Below are positions 28,122 through 36,502 of a stretch of 64,000 nucleotides of DNA, one piece after another. Location: positions 24,278-88,277 of the forward strand of contig JBIIVD010000003.1 of the NCBI GenBank assembly GCA_044339635.1, read 5' to 3'. The notes beneath the pieces were generated by a model, which worked only from the letters and a program-made list of their open reading frames with translations, searched no databases and was not told the DNA's origin. Source of the DNA: Steroidobacteraceae bacterium. GTDB lineage: Bacteria > Pseudomonadota > Gammaproteobacteria > Steroidobacterales > Steroidobacteraceae. The position numbers were made by a program, and so were the translations under genes. The stretch's first letter is position 1. The number at the start of each line of letters is the position of its first letter.

Positions 28122-29507
28122 ATGACCACCGCGCACACCACCGCCGAATGGCAGGCGCTCGACGCCGCCCACTACCTGCACCCCTTCACCGACCACAAGT
28201 CGCTGGCAGCGCGCGGCACGCGGGTCATCACCCGCGCCGAGGGCGTCTACCTGCACGACTCGGAGGGGCACCGCATCCTCGATGGCATGTCGGGGTTGTG
28301 GTGTGTGGCGCTCGGCTATGGCCGGCACGAACTGGCGGAGGCCGCCTACCGGCAGATGCAGGAGTTGCCGTACTACAACAGCTTCTTCCAGTGCGCGAAC
28401 CCGCCGGCCATCGAGTTGGCGGACCGTCTCGCACGGCTCTCGCCGCCGCAGTTCCAGCATGCGTTCTTCACGGGGTCGGGCAGCGAGTCCAACGACACCC
28501 TGGTGCGCATGGTGCGCCGTTATTGGGAACTGCGCGGCCAGCCGCAGCGGCAGGTGATCATCAGCCGCTGGAACGGCTACCACGGCAGCACCATGGCGGG
28601 CGCCTCGCTCGGCGGCATGAAGGCCATGCACTCGCAGGGCGGCTTGCCCATCCCCGGCATCGTGCACATCGGCCAGCCGTACTGGTTCGAGTGCGGCGGC
28701 GAGCTCGAACCGGACGAATTCGGCCTCAAGGCCGCGCGTGAACTCGAACAGAAGATCCTCGAGATCGGCCCCGACAAGGTCGCGGCCTTCATCGGCGAGC
28801 CGGTGCAGGGCGCGGGCGGGGTCATCATCCCGCCACGCACGTATTGGCCGGAGGTGCAGCGCATCATCGACCGCTACGGCATCCTCTTCGCCTCGGACGA
28901 GGTCATCTGCGGCTTCGGGCGCACCGGCGAGTGGTTCGGCTGCGAGCACTACGGCACCCGCCCCGACTTCATGACCCTCGCCAAGGCCATCACCTCGGGC
29001 TATCAGCCGCTCGGCGCGCTGATGGTCGCCGATCGCGTGGCCGAGGTGCTGGTCGGGGAGGGCGGGGAGTTCTTCCACGGCTTCACCTACTCGGGCCACC
29101 CGGTGGCCGCCGCGGTCGCCAATGCCAACCTCGAGATCATGGAGCGCGAGCGGATCGTCGAGCGCGTCCGGACCGAGATCGCCCCCTATTGGGCCGCACG
29201 CTGGCGGGAGCTCGGGGACCATCCGTTGGTGGGGGAGGCCCGCACGCTCGGCCTCTTCGGCGCCCTCGAGCTCGTCCCCCGCAAGCCCTCGCGGGCCTTT
29301 TTCCCCGGGCGCGGCACCGTCGGTACCCGCTGCCGGGACCTGTCGGTCAGGAACGGGCTCGTGATGCGGGCGGTCTGGGACACCATGATCGCCGCACCGC
29401 CGCTCGTCATCACCCCGGCCGAGATCGACGAGCTGGTGGCCAAAGCGGGGCAGACCCTCGACCAGTTGCACCACGAACTGCGCCGCGACGGCCTGATCGA
29501 TCGATGA
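28122..29507 (+). CDS. spuC: Class-III (omega) aminotransferase, putrescine/polyamine:pyruvate aminotransferase SpuC-like
   Basis: 461 aa. Motifs GLWCVALGYGR, FFTGSGSESNDT, DEVICGFGRTGEWFG and TLAKAITSGYQPLG (PLP lysine). Confidence 0.88.
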   Translation: MTTAHTTAEWQALDAAHYLHPFTDHKSLAARGTRVITRAEGVYLHDSEGHRILDGMSGLWCVALGYGRHELAEAAYRQMQELPYYNSFFQCANPPAIELADRLARLSPPQFQHAFFTGSGSESNDTLVRMVRRYWELRGQPQRQVIISRWNGYHGSTMAGASLGGMKAMHSQGGLPIPGIVHIGQPYWFECGGELEPDEFGLKAARELEQKILEIGPDKVAAFIGEPVQGAGGVIIPPRTYWPEVQRIIDRYGILFASDEVICGFGRTGEWFGCEHYGTRPDFMTLAKAITSGYQPLGALMVADRVAEVLVGEGGEFFHGFTYSGHPVAAAVANANLEIMERERIVERVRTEIAPYWAARWRELGDHPLVGEARTLGLFGALELVPRKPSRAFFPGRGTVGTRCRDLSVRNGLVMRAVWDTMIAAPPLVITPAEIDELVAKAGQTLDQLHHELRRDGLIDR

Positions 29508-29628
29508 GGCCGCAGAGGCCGCACCGGGCTTTCCCGGCGCGAGGGTCTGCGCTATAAATCGGGCATCTCCCGCGTGCTGCGGGATCTCGTCCCCATCCTG
29601 CCTTCCCCTCCCAAGGAGTCCCTCCCAG

Positions 29629-30741
29629 ATGAAACAGGTTTTCAGACCGGCCCTCGTCGCCCTGTCCGTCGCTGCGCTGCTCGCAGCCTGCAGCGGGAAA
29701 CCGGAGGATGCGGGCAAGCCGAAGGTGCTCAACGTCTACAACTGGTCGGACTACATCGACGAGAGCGTCATCGCGGATTTCGAGAAGGAGACCGGCATCG
29801 ACGTGACGTATGACGTCTTCGACTCCAACGAGGTCCTCGAGACCAAATTGTTGGCCGGGGCGACGGGCTACGACATCGTCGTCCCTTCCGCGAACTTCCT
29901 CGAGCGGCAGATCAAGGCCGGGATCTTCCAGACCCTCGACAAGGGCAAGTTGCCCAACCTCGCGAACATGGACCCCGCCCTGATGGAGAAGGTCGCCCGG
30001 CATGATCCCGGCAACGCGCACTCGGTCAATTATCTCTGGGGCACGACCGGTATCGGCTTCAACACGGCGAAGATCGCCGAGCGCATGAAGGATGCGCCGG
30101 TCGACAGCCTCGCGATGTTCTACGACCCGAACGTCGTAGCCAAGTTCAAGGACTGCGGCGTCGCCGTGCTCGATTCGCCGACCGAGGTCGTCGGTACGGT
30201 GCTCATCTTCCTCGGGAAGGACCCCAACAGCGAGTCGCCGGAGGACCTGGCTGCCGCGGAGAAGGTCCTGATGTCCGTGCGCCCGTTCATCAAGTATGTC
30301 CACTCGTCCAAGTTCATCGACGATCTCGCCAATGGCGAGATCTGCATGGCGATGGGCTGGTCCGGGGACGTGTTCCAGGCCCGTGACCGCGCAGCCGATG
30401 CGGCCAACGGCGTCAACATCGACTACAAGATCCCGCGCGAGGGGACGACCATGTTCTTCGACATGCTCGCCATCCCCAAGGACGCCAAGAACGTCGACAA
30501 CGCCCACGCGTTCATCAACTACCTGATGCGGCCCGAAGTGGCGGCGAAGAACACCAACTACGTCAACTACGCGAGCTTCAACCTGCCCGCGCAGAAGCTG
30601 GTGAACCCCGAGATCATCGCGAACCCTGCCATCTTCCCGACGGACGACGTCAAGGCGCGCTTGCAGGCCGACCTGGCCGAGAGCGACGGGTACACCCAGG
30701 CGCTCACGGCGACCTGGACGCGGTTCAAGGCGGGCCAATAA
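29629..30741 (+). CDS. potF: Polyamine (putrescine/spermidine) ABC transporter periplasmic binding protein (PotF/SpuD-like)
   Basis: 370 aa. SD AAGGAG at 29613-29618. Signal peptide or lipobox ...LLAACSG. Typical LNVYNWSDYIDE...F.KETGI.V.YDVFDSNE. Confidence 0.9.
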   Translation: MKQVFRPALVALSVAALLAACSGKPEDAGKPKVLNVYNWSDYIDESVIADFEKETGIDVTYDVFDSNEVLETKLLAGATGYDIVVPSANFLERQIKAGIFQTLDKGKLPNLANMDPALMEKVARHDPGNAHSVNYLWGTTGIGFNTAKIAERMKDAPVDSLAMFYDPNVVAKFKDCGVAVLDSPTEVVGTVLIFLGKDPNSESPEDLAAAEKVLMSVRPFIKYVHSSKFIDDLANGEICMAMGWSGDVFQARDRAADAANGVNIDYKIPREGTTMFFDMLAIPKDAKNVDNAHAFINYLMRPEVAAKNTNYVNYASFNLPAQKLVNPEIIANPAIFPTDDVKARLQADLAESDGYTQALTATWTRFKAGQ

Positions 30742-30751
30742 CCGGGCGGGT

Positions 30752-30783
30752 GGCCGCGCGGAGGGCCTTCCCTCCGTGCGGCC
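30752..30783 (+). promoter_or_regulatory. Strong intercistronic stem-loop between the binding-protein and ATPase genes
   Basis: ggccgcgcggaggg (30752-30765) pairs with ccctccgtgcggcc (30770-30783), giving 14 bp including one G-U pair. The loop is cctt and no T-run follows. Confidence 0.55.
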
Positions 30784-30810
30784 TCGCTTCCTGCGCGGGG
30801 GGGATGTAGC

Positions 30811-31920
30811 GTGGCGAACAAGCCGGTCGATCTGGGTCAGGAGTACGTCCGGATCGAGGGCGTGACGAAGCGGTTCGGGGATTTCGTCGCGGTCGACAAC
30901 GTCTCGCTCAACGTCTACAAGGGCGAGATCTTCTGCCTGCTCGGCGGTTCGGGCTGCGGCAAGACGACGCTGCTGCGCATGCTGGCGGGATTCGAGTCGC
31001 CGACCTCCGGGCGCATCCTCATCGACGGGCAGGATATGGCGGGCATCCCGCCCTACGAGCGCCCGGTCAACATGATGTTCCAATCCTACGCGCTGTTCCC
31101 GCACATGACAGTGGCGGCGAACGTGGCCTTCGGCCTCGAGCAGGAAGGCATCGCCCGCGCCGAGATCGACCGCCGGGTCGGCGAGATGCTCGAGATCGTC
31201 AAGCTCGGCGAGTACGGCCGGCGCAAGCCGCACCAGCTCTCGGGCGGTCAGCGCCAACGTGTCGCGCTCGCGCGCGCCCTCGTCAAGCGACCGAAGCTGC
31301 TGCTGCTCGATGAGCCCTTGGGCGCGCTCGACCGCAAGCTGCGCGAGCACACGCAGTTCGAGCTCATCAACCTGCAGGAGCAGCTCGGCGTCACCTTCGT
31401 GGTCGTCACCCACGACCAGGAGGAGGCGATGACGCTCGCTTCGCGCATCGGCGTGATGAACAAGGGCCAGATCGTGCAGGTCGGCACGCCTACCGAGATC
31501 TACGAGTTCCCCAACTCGCGCTTCGTCGCCGACTTCATCGGCTCGGTCAACATGTTCGACGGGCAGCTCATCGAGGACGAGCCCGGGCATGTGCGCATAC
31601 GCTGTCCGGAGCTCGAGTCGACCGTGTTCGTGAGCCATGGCATCAGCGCCGCTCCCGACGCCAAGGTGTCGGTCGCCATCCGGCCCGAAAAGATCGAGAT
31701 GACCCGCACGCCGCCCGAGGGCGCGGAAAACCGCGCGCGCGGCGTCGTCAAGGAGATCGCCTACATGGGCGACATGTCGGTCTACCTGGTGCGGCTCGAT
31801 TCCGGGCGCATGGTGCGTGTCACCATCCCCAACATCGAGCGCCACGACGAGCGCATCGTCTGGGACGAGGCCGTGCACCTCAGTTGGCACGCCTCGAGCC
31901 CCGTGGTCCTGACGATCTGA
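30811..31920 (+). CDS. potG: Polyamine ABC transporter ATP-binding protein (PotG/PotA-like)
   Basis: 369 aa, GTG start. Walker A GGSGCGKTT, signature LSGGQRQRVALARAL, Walker B LLLLDEP. Confidence 0.9.
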   Translation: MANKPVDLGQEYVRIEGVTKRFGDFVAVDNVSLNVYKGEIFCLLGGSGCGKTTLLRMLAGFESPTSGRILIDGQDMAGIPPYERPVNMMFQSYALFPHMTVAANVAFGLEQEGIARAEIDRRVGEMLEIVKLGEYGRRKPHQLSGGQRQRVALARALVKRPKLLLLDEPLGALDRKLREHTQFELINLQEQLGVTFVVVTHDQEEAMTLASRIGVMNKGQIVQVGTPTEIYEFPNSRFVADFIGSVNMFDGQLIEDEPGHVRIRCPELESTVFVSHGISAAPDAKVSVAIRPEKIEMTRTPPEGAENRARGVVKEIAYMGDMSVYLVRLDSGRMVRVTIPNIERHDERIVWDEAVHLSWHASSPVVLTI

Positions 31921-31924
31921 GCCC

Positions 31925-32842
31925 GTGAAGCGAGCGCTCGAATCCCTCCAATCGCTCGCCGGCAAGCGGCTCGTCATCGGCTTGCCCTACGTCTGGCTGC
32001 TGCTCTTCTTCGCGGTCCCGTTCCTCATCGTCTTCAAGATCTCGTTCTCGTGGATGCAGCCGATCCAGCCCGGCTACGCGCCGCTGATCGCGTGGGTCGA
32101 GGAGACGCAGCGGTTCGTGGCCACCTTCAACCTGTCGAACTACCAGGTGCTGCTGCAGGATTCGCTGTACCTGAGCACGTTCGTCTATTCGGTCAAGGTG
32201 GCTGCGGTATCCACCGTGCTGTGCCTGCTCGTCGGATACCCGATGGCGTATGCCATCGCCCGGTGCGCCCCGAGCACGCGGAACCTGTTCCTGATGCTGA
32301 TCATCCTGCCGTTCTGGACCTCGTTCCTGCTGCGGGTGTATGCCTGGATCGGCCTGCTCAAGACCAACGGCGTGATCAACAACACGTTGCTCGCCCTGGG
32401 GGTCATCGACCAGCCGCTGACGCTCCTCTACACCGATTTCGCGGTCTATGTCGGCATCGTCTACTCCTACCTGCCTTTCATGATCCTGCCTCTCTACGCG
32501 AACCTCGAGAAGCACGATCTCACGCTGCTCGAGGCGGCGGCGGATCTCGGGGCGTCGCCGGTCAAGGCGTTCTTCAAGATAACGTTGCCGCTCTCGATGC
32601 CGGGGATCGTCGCCGGGTGCCTGCTGGTCTTCATCCCGGCGGTGGGCGAGTTCGTCATCCCCTCGCTGCTCGGCCGCACGGACCAGCTCATGATCGGCAC
32701 CGTGCTGTCGGCCCAGTTCTTCGGCGCCCGGAACTGGCCGGTGGCGAGCGCGGTCGCCATCGTGTTGTTGCTGCTGCTGCTGCTGCCGATCCTGCTCTTC
32801 CAGCGCTACCAGCGGCGCGAACTCGAAGCGGCGAAGCGGTGA
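31925..32842 (+). CDS. potH: Polyamine ABC transporter permease (PotH-like)
   Basis: 305 aa, GTG start 4 nt after the ATPase stop. Six TM segments. EAA-type loop LLEAAADLGASPVKAFFKITLPLS. Confidence 0.88.
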   Translation: MKRALESLQSLAGKRLVIGLPYVWLLLFFAVPFLIVFKISFSWMQPIQPGYAPLIAWVEETQRFVATFNLSNYQVLLQDSLYLSTFVYSVKVAAVSTVLCLLVGYPMAYAIARCAPSTRNLFLMLIILPFWTSFLLRVYAWIGLLKTNGVINNTLLALGVIDQPLTLLYTDFAVYVGIVYSYLPFMILPLYANLEKHDLTLLEAAADLGASPVKAFFKITLPLSMPGIVAGCLLVFIPAVGEFVIPSLLGRTDQLMIGTVLSAQFFGARNWPVASAVAIVLLLLLLLPILLFQRYQRRELEAAKR

Positions 32843-32852
32843 GGGCGCCTCG

Positions 32853-33701
32853 ATGAAGGGTCGGGCTTGGTTCCGCAACGGCATGCTCGGCCTGGGGCTC
32901 GCCTTCCTCTATATCCCCATCCTCTCGATGATGGTGTTCTCGTTCAACAATTCGCGCCTCGTGACCGTCTGGGATTCGGCGAACTCCCCGACGCTGCGTT
33001 GGTACGTCCGCCTGTTCGAGAACGAGCAACTGCTCGGCGCGGCATGGATCAGCCTGCAGGTGGCGGCCATGACCGCCACCGGGGCCGTGCTCCTCGGGAC
33101 CCTCGCCGGGCTCGTGCTCGTGCGCTTCGGTCCTTTCCGTGGCCGCGCGTTCTTCTCGGCCATGACCACCGCGCCGCTCGTCATGCCTGAGGTGATCACG
33201 GGCATAGCCATGTTGCTGCTGTTCGTCGCGCTCGAGCAGCTGACCGGATGGCCGGAAGGCCGCGGCATGCTCACCATCACCATCGCCCACATCACCTTCG
33301 CCATGGCCTACGTCACCGTGGTGGTGCAGTCCCGCCTCGCGGGCTTCGACGACGCGCTCGAGGAGGCCGCGCTCGATCTGGGGGCCAAGCCCACGACGGT
33401 CTTCTTCCGGATCACGCTGCCGCTCATCGTGCCGGCGTTGGTTTCGGGCTGGCTGCTCGCCTTCACGCTCTCGTGGGACGATGTGGTCATCTCCCAGTTC
33501 GTCTCCGGCCCGGGCTCCTCGACGTTGCCCATGGAGATCTTCTCGCGGGTACGGCGCGGGGTCAGCCCCGACATCAACGCGCTGGCCACCATCATGGTGC
33601 TCATCGTCGCCACCGGTGTCGTCGCCTCCACGCTCTGGATGAAGCGGCAGGAACGTCGGCGGCTGCTCGAGGAGCAGATGGCGCGCAGCGACCCCGGCTG
33701 A
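32853..33701 (+). CDS. potI: Polyamine ABC transporter permease (PotI-like)
   Basis: 282 aa. EAA loop LEEAALDLGAKPTTVFFRITLPLI. Confidence 0.88.
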   Translation: MKGRAWFRNGMLGLGLAFLYIPILSMMVFSFNNSRLVTVWDSANSPTLRWYVRLFENEQLLGAAWISLQVAAMTATGAVLLGTLAGLVLVRFGPFRGRAFFSAMTTAPLVMPEVITGIAMLLLFVALEQLTGWPEGRGMLTITIAHITFAMAYVTVVVQSRLAGFDDALEEAALDLGAKPTTVFFRITLPLIVPALVSGWLLAFTLSWDDVVISQFVSGPGSSTLPMEIFSRVRRGVSPDINALATIMVLIVATGVVASTLWMKRQERRRLLEEQMARSDPG

Positions 33702-33708
33702 CGTCGGC

Positions 33709-34494
33709 ATGCGACGCATCGGCATCGACGTCGGCGGCTCGACGTTGCGCGTGGGCGAAGTCGACGTCGCGACAGGCGCCCTCACGGGCCCGGTCGAGGT
33801 CTTGCCGATGCCGGCAGGTGCCCGCCCGGATGACGTGCTCGGCGCGCTGGCCGCGAGCGCGGTCCTGCAGGCGGGGGAGGGGCCGGTCGGTCTCGCATTC
33901 CCGTCGGTGGCGCAGTACGGCGTCGCGCGCACGGTCGCGCACGTGGACCGCGGTTGGCTCGACCTCGATGTCGCCTCGGCCTTCACGCGGTTGACGGGTC
34001 GGCCCACGGTGTTCCTCAACGACGCCGATGCGGCCGGTCTCGCGGAGTTCCGCTTCGGCGCCGGGCGTCGGCTCATGATGGACGCGGCGGCGGGCGGTCC
34101 TGCGGCGGGCCGACTCATCGTCCTCACTTTCGGCACCGGCATCGGGACGGCGCTGTTCCTCGATGGGCATCTGTGGCCGAACACCGAACTCGGTCACCTC
34201 CGGCTGCCGGGCGTCACCGACACCGACGGCGAGGGCTGGGCAGCGGCGAGCGTGCGCACACGGCTCGGTCTCGATTGGGACCGTTGGGCGCGTCGGGTCG
34301 ACGATTACCTGCAGGAGCTCCATCTGCTGTTGTGGCCCGATGCGTTCATCATCGGCGGCGCGGTCAGCGAACACGCCGAGGAGTGGTTGCCCTTGCTCGT
34401 TTGCCGGGCGCGCCTCGTGCCCGCCACGCTGCGCGGCCATGCGGGCGTCGTGGGCGCCGCCTTGGCGACCCTCGGGCCGGAGGGACACCGATGA
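33709..34494 (+). CDS. ppgK: ROK-family sugar kinase of the zinc-less PpgK (polyphosphate/ATP glucokinase) type
   Basis: 261 aa, starting 7 nt after the potI-like stop. Motifs GIDVGGST, LNDADAAGLAE, LTFGTGIGTALF and PNTELGHL. It lacks the CxCGxxGC zinc motif of classical ROK proteins. Confidence 0.7.
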   Translation: MRRIGIDVGGSTLRVGEVDVATGALTGPVEVLPMPAGARPDDVLGALAASAVLQAGEGPVGLAFPSVAQYGVARTVAHVDRGWLDLDVASAFTRLTGRPTVFLNDADAAGLAEFRFGAGRRLMMDAAAGGPAAGRLIVLTFGTGIGTALFLDGHLWPNTELGHLRLPGVTDTDGEGWAAASVRTRLGLDWDRWARRVDDYLQELHLLLWPDAFIIGGAVSEHAEEWLPLLVCRARLVPATLRGHAGVVGAALATLGPEGHR

Positions 34495-35666
34495 ACAAGA
34501 AGACACGCGTGCAGCATCCGCCCCGGGTCGACGTGCCGTCCGACAATCGGCCGCTCCTCGAGCCCATCCACCAGAACGTCAAGTGGGATACGCCGTCGAT
34601 CGCCGAGGCGCAGCGCATCGCGCGCGGCGAGCGACCGGGGTTCTTCTATTCGCGGATGGCCAACCCGGGCACGCGCCAGCTGGAACTGCTGCTCGCCGAG
34701 CTGCAGGGACGCGAGGATTGCCTCACCTGCGCATCGGGGGTCAACGCGGTCGCACAGTCGCTGCTCGCGATGACGCGCACCGGTGACCATGTGGTGTCCT
34801 TCATCGAGGGGTATGGCCCGACGCGGCAGCTGTTGCGCGGGTTGCTCGCGCGCTTCGGCGTGACGCACACCCTGCTGTCGGTCGAGGACCTTTCCGGTCT
34901 CGCCGCAGCGCTCGCCTCGCGGCCGACGCGGCTCGTGTTCTTCGAGTCGCCGACCACGCCCGCCGGCAAGATCGCCGACGTGGCGGCGATCACCGCGCTC
35001 GCCCACGCGCACGGTGCGCTCGCGGTCATGGACAACACGCAGGCAGGCCTGCACCAGCACGGCGAGCATCCGGTCGACGTCTTCGTGCACAGCCTGACCA
35101 AGTTCGCGACCGGTGCGGGAGACGTGATGGGCGGCGCCGTGATCGCCGACCGCGCCGTGCTCGACCTGCTGCGGCAGGACATGCTCCTCTTCGGTGCGCC
35201 GGTCGATCCGCTCGCCGCGTCGCTGATGGTGCGGGGCCTGAAGACCTATTTCCTCCGCTATCGGGAACAGTCCGCGGCAGCGACCGAGGTGGCGCGTTTC
35301 CTCGCGGCGCACCCGGCCTGCACACGGGTGATGCACCCCGGGCTCGATTCCCATCCGCAGGTGGCGCTCGCGCGCGCGCAGATGCGCGACCCGGGTTGCG
35401 TGATCACGTTCTCGATGCGCGACGGTGCCGAGGCCGGGCGTCGCTTCGCCGAGGCCTTGCGGCTGTTCGCGCGGACGCCGAGCTACGGGTCGACCGAGTC
35501 GCTCGTCATGGCGCCGCAGTTCCTGCAGCCTCGCGACTTGACCCCGGAGGAACGCGCGGTCTGCGGCATCGATGAGGGTACCGTGCGCCTGTCGATCGGG
35601 CTCGAGGAGCCGGGCGAGCTCTGCGCGGACCTCACTCAGGCGCTGGCCGCGGCCTCCGGTCCGTGA
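34491..35666 (+). CDS. Cys/Met-metabolism PLP-dependent enzyme (cystathionine gamma-synthase/beta-lyase / methionine gamma-lyase family)
   Basis: 391 aa from the in-frame ATG 34491, with an ATGA overlap on the ROK stop. YSRMANPGTRQLE and the PLP-lysine motif HSLTKFATG. C-terminal ...GTVRLSIGLEEP.EL..DL. Confidence 0.8.
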   Translation: MNKKTRVQHPPRVDVPSDNRPLLEPIHQNVKWDTPSIAEAQRIARGERPGFFYSRMANPGTRQLELLLAELQGREDCLTCASGVNAVAQSLLAMTRTGDHVVSFIEGYGPTRQLLRGLLARFGVTHTLLSVEDLSGLAAALASRPTRLVFFESPTTPAGKIADVAAITALAHAHGALAVMDNTQAGLHQHGEHPVDVFVHSLTKFATGAGDVMGGAVIADRAVLDLLRQDMLLFGAPVDPLAASLMVRGLKTYFLRYREQSAAATEVARFLAAHPACTRVMHPGLDSHPQVALARAQMRDPGCVITFSMRDGAEAGRRFAEALRLFARTPSYGSTESLVMAPQFLQPRDLTPEERAVCGIDEGTVRLSIGLEEPGELCADLTQALAAASGP

Positions 35667-35701
35667 CATCCCTGTCCGTCGGTTCGCCCTTGGAGTCCCC
35701 C

Positions 35702-36388
35702 TCAGCGCGGCGCCAGGCCTGACTCGAAGACCTGCAGCAGGCGCGCGGCGAGCGTCGCGGGATCCAGGTTCGCCGATTCCGGCAGGTCGTCCGCCCGGTG
35801 CCAGAACGCGATCCAGTTCATCGCGCCCGCGAGCGCGAACGCGGTCATCTTCGGGTCGCAAGGCGCGATCGAACCGTCGGCGATGCCGTCGCGGATCAGG
35901 GCGCGCAGACCTTGGTCGATCTCGGATTTCAGGCGCTTGATGCGCGCGCTCATCGCCGGGCTCAGGTCCTGGCTTTCGGCGCGCACCATGACCCAGCCGA
36001 ACTCGCCGGTGATCGCCACGGCGTAGCGGTGCGCCACGGACAACAGCCGCTCGCGCCCCGATGCGCCCCGGGTCTCGACCTCACGGAATGCGGTCCGCAA
36101 CTGCTCGACCCCCGCGAGGAAGCACTCGAAGAGCAGGTCTTCCTTGCCGTCGAAGAGGGCGTAGATGGTCGGCTTGGTGATGCCGATGCCGGCCGCGATC
36201 TCGTCGAGCGAGGTGTTGTGGTAACCGCGGTCGCGGAAGGCGCGTGCCGCGGCGAGGACCACCGCAGCCCGTTTGCGGTCGCGCAGGCGCGTACGGTCCT
36301 GCGGACCCACCCAGGGCGAGGCCGGGTCGGCAGGCGCACCGGGGGCGCCGGGGACGGCAGTTCGACGGTGGGTGGGAGCATTCGGCAT
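35702..36388 (-). CDS. TetR/AcrR-family transcriptional regulator
   Basis: 228 aa. HTH region FRDRGYHNTSLDEIAAGIGITKPTIYALFDGKEDLL. Divergent from icmF. Confidence 0.85.
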   Translation of the reverse strand: MPNAPTHRRTAVPGAPGAPADPASPWVGPQDRTRLRDRKRAAVVLAAARAFRDRGYHNTSLDEIAAGIGITKPTIYALFDGKEDLLFECFLAGVEQLRTAFREVETRGASGRERLLSVAHRYAVAITGEFGWVMVRAESQDLSPAMSARIKRLKSEIDQGLRALIRDGIADGSIAPCDPKMTAFALAGAMNWIAFWHRADDLPESANLDPATLAARLLQVFESGLAPR

Positions 36389-36409
36389 GCGCGAGGAGTG
36401 TGCCCGGGT

Positions 36410-36425
36410 TTTACTCGCCAGTAAA
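36410..36425. promoter_or_regulatory. Perfect 6-4-6 palindrome, candidate TetR operator
   Basis: TTTACTcgccAGTAAA lies in the 114-nt divergent region between the TetR start (36388) and the icmF start (36503). It is an AT-rich patch in a GC-rich context. Confidence 0.4.
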
Positions 36426-36502
36426 GATTGCTACCATCGGTCCACCGCGTCCTCGGGGCTGAGGTCCGACCGCTTCCATCCGTCCACGCCGGAGCCGAAA
36501 CC

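Noticed and set aside
29508-29628. A possible terminator hairpin (gcaccggg-cttt-cccggcgc) and a TATAAA -10-like box (29564-29569) between spuC and potF-like genes.
   Set aside because: The stem has an internal A-C mismatch, is only 5+2 bp long, and has no U-run. The -10-like box has no convincing -35 partner. It is plausible as an internal promoter or attenuator, but too weak to list as a feature.
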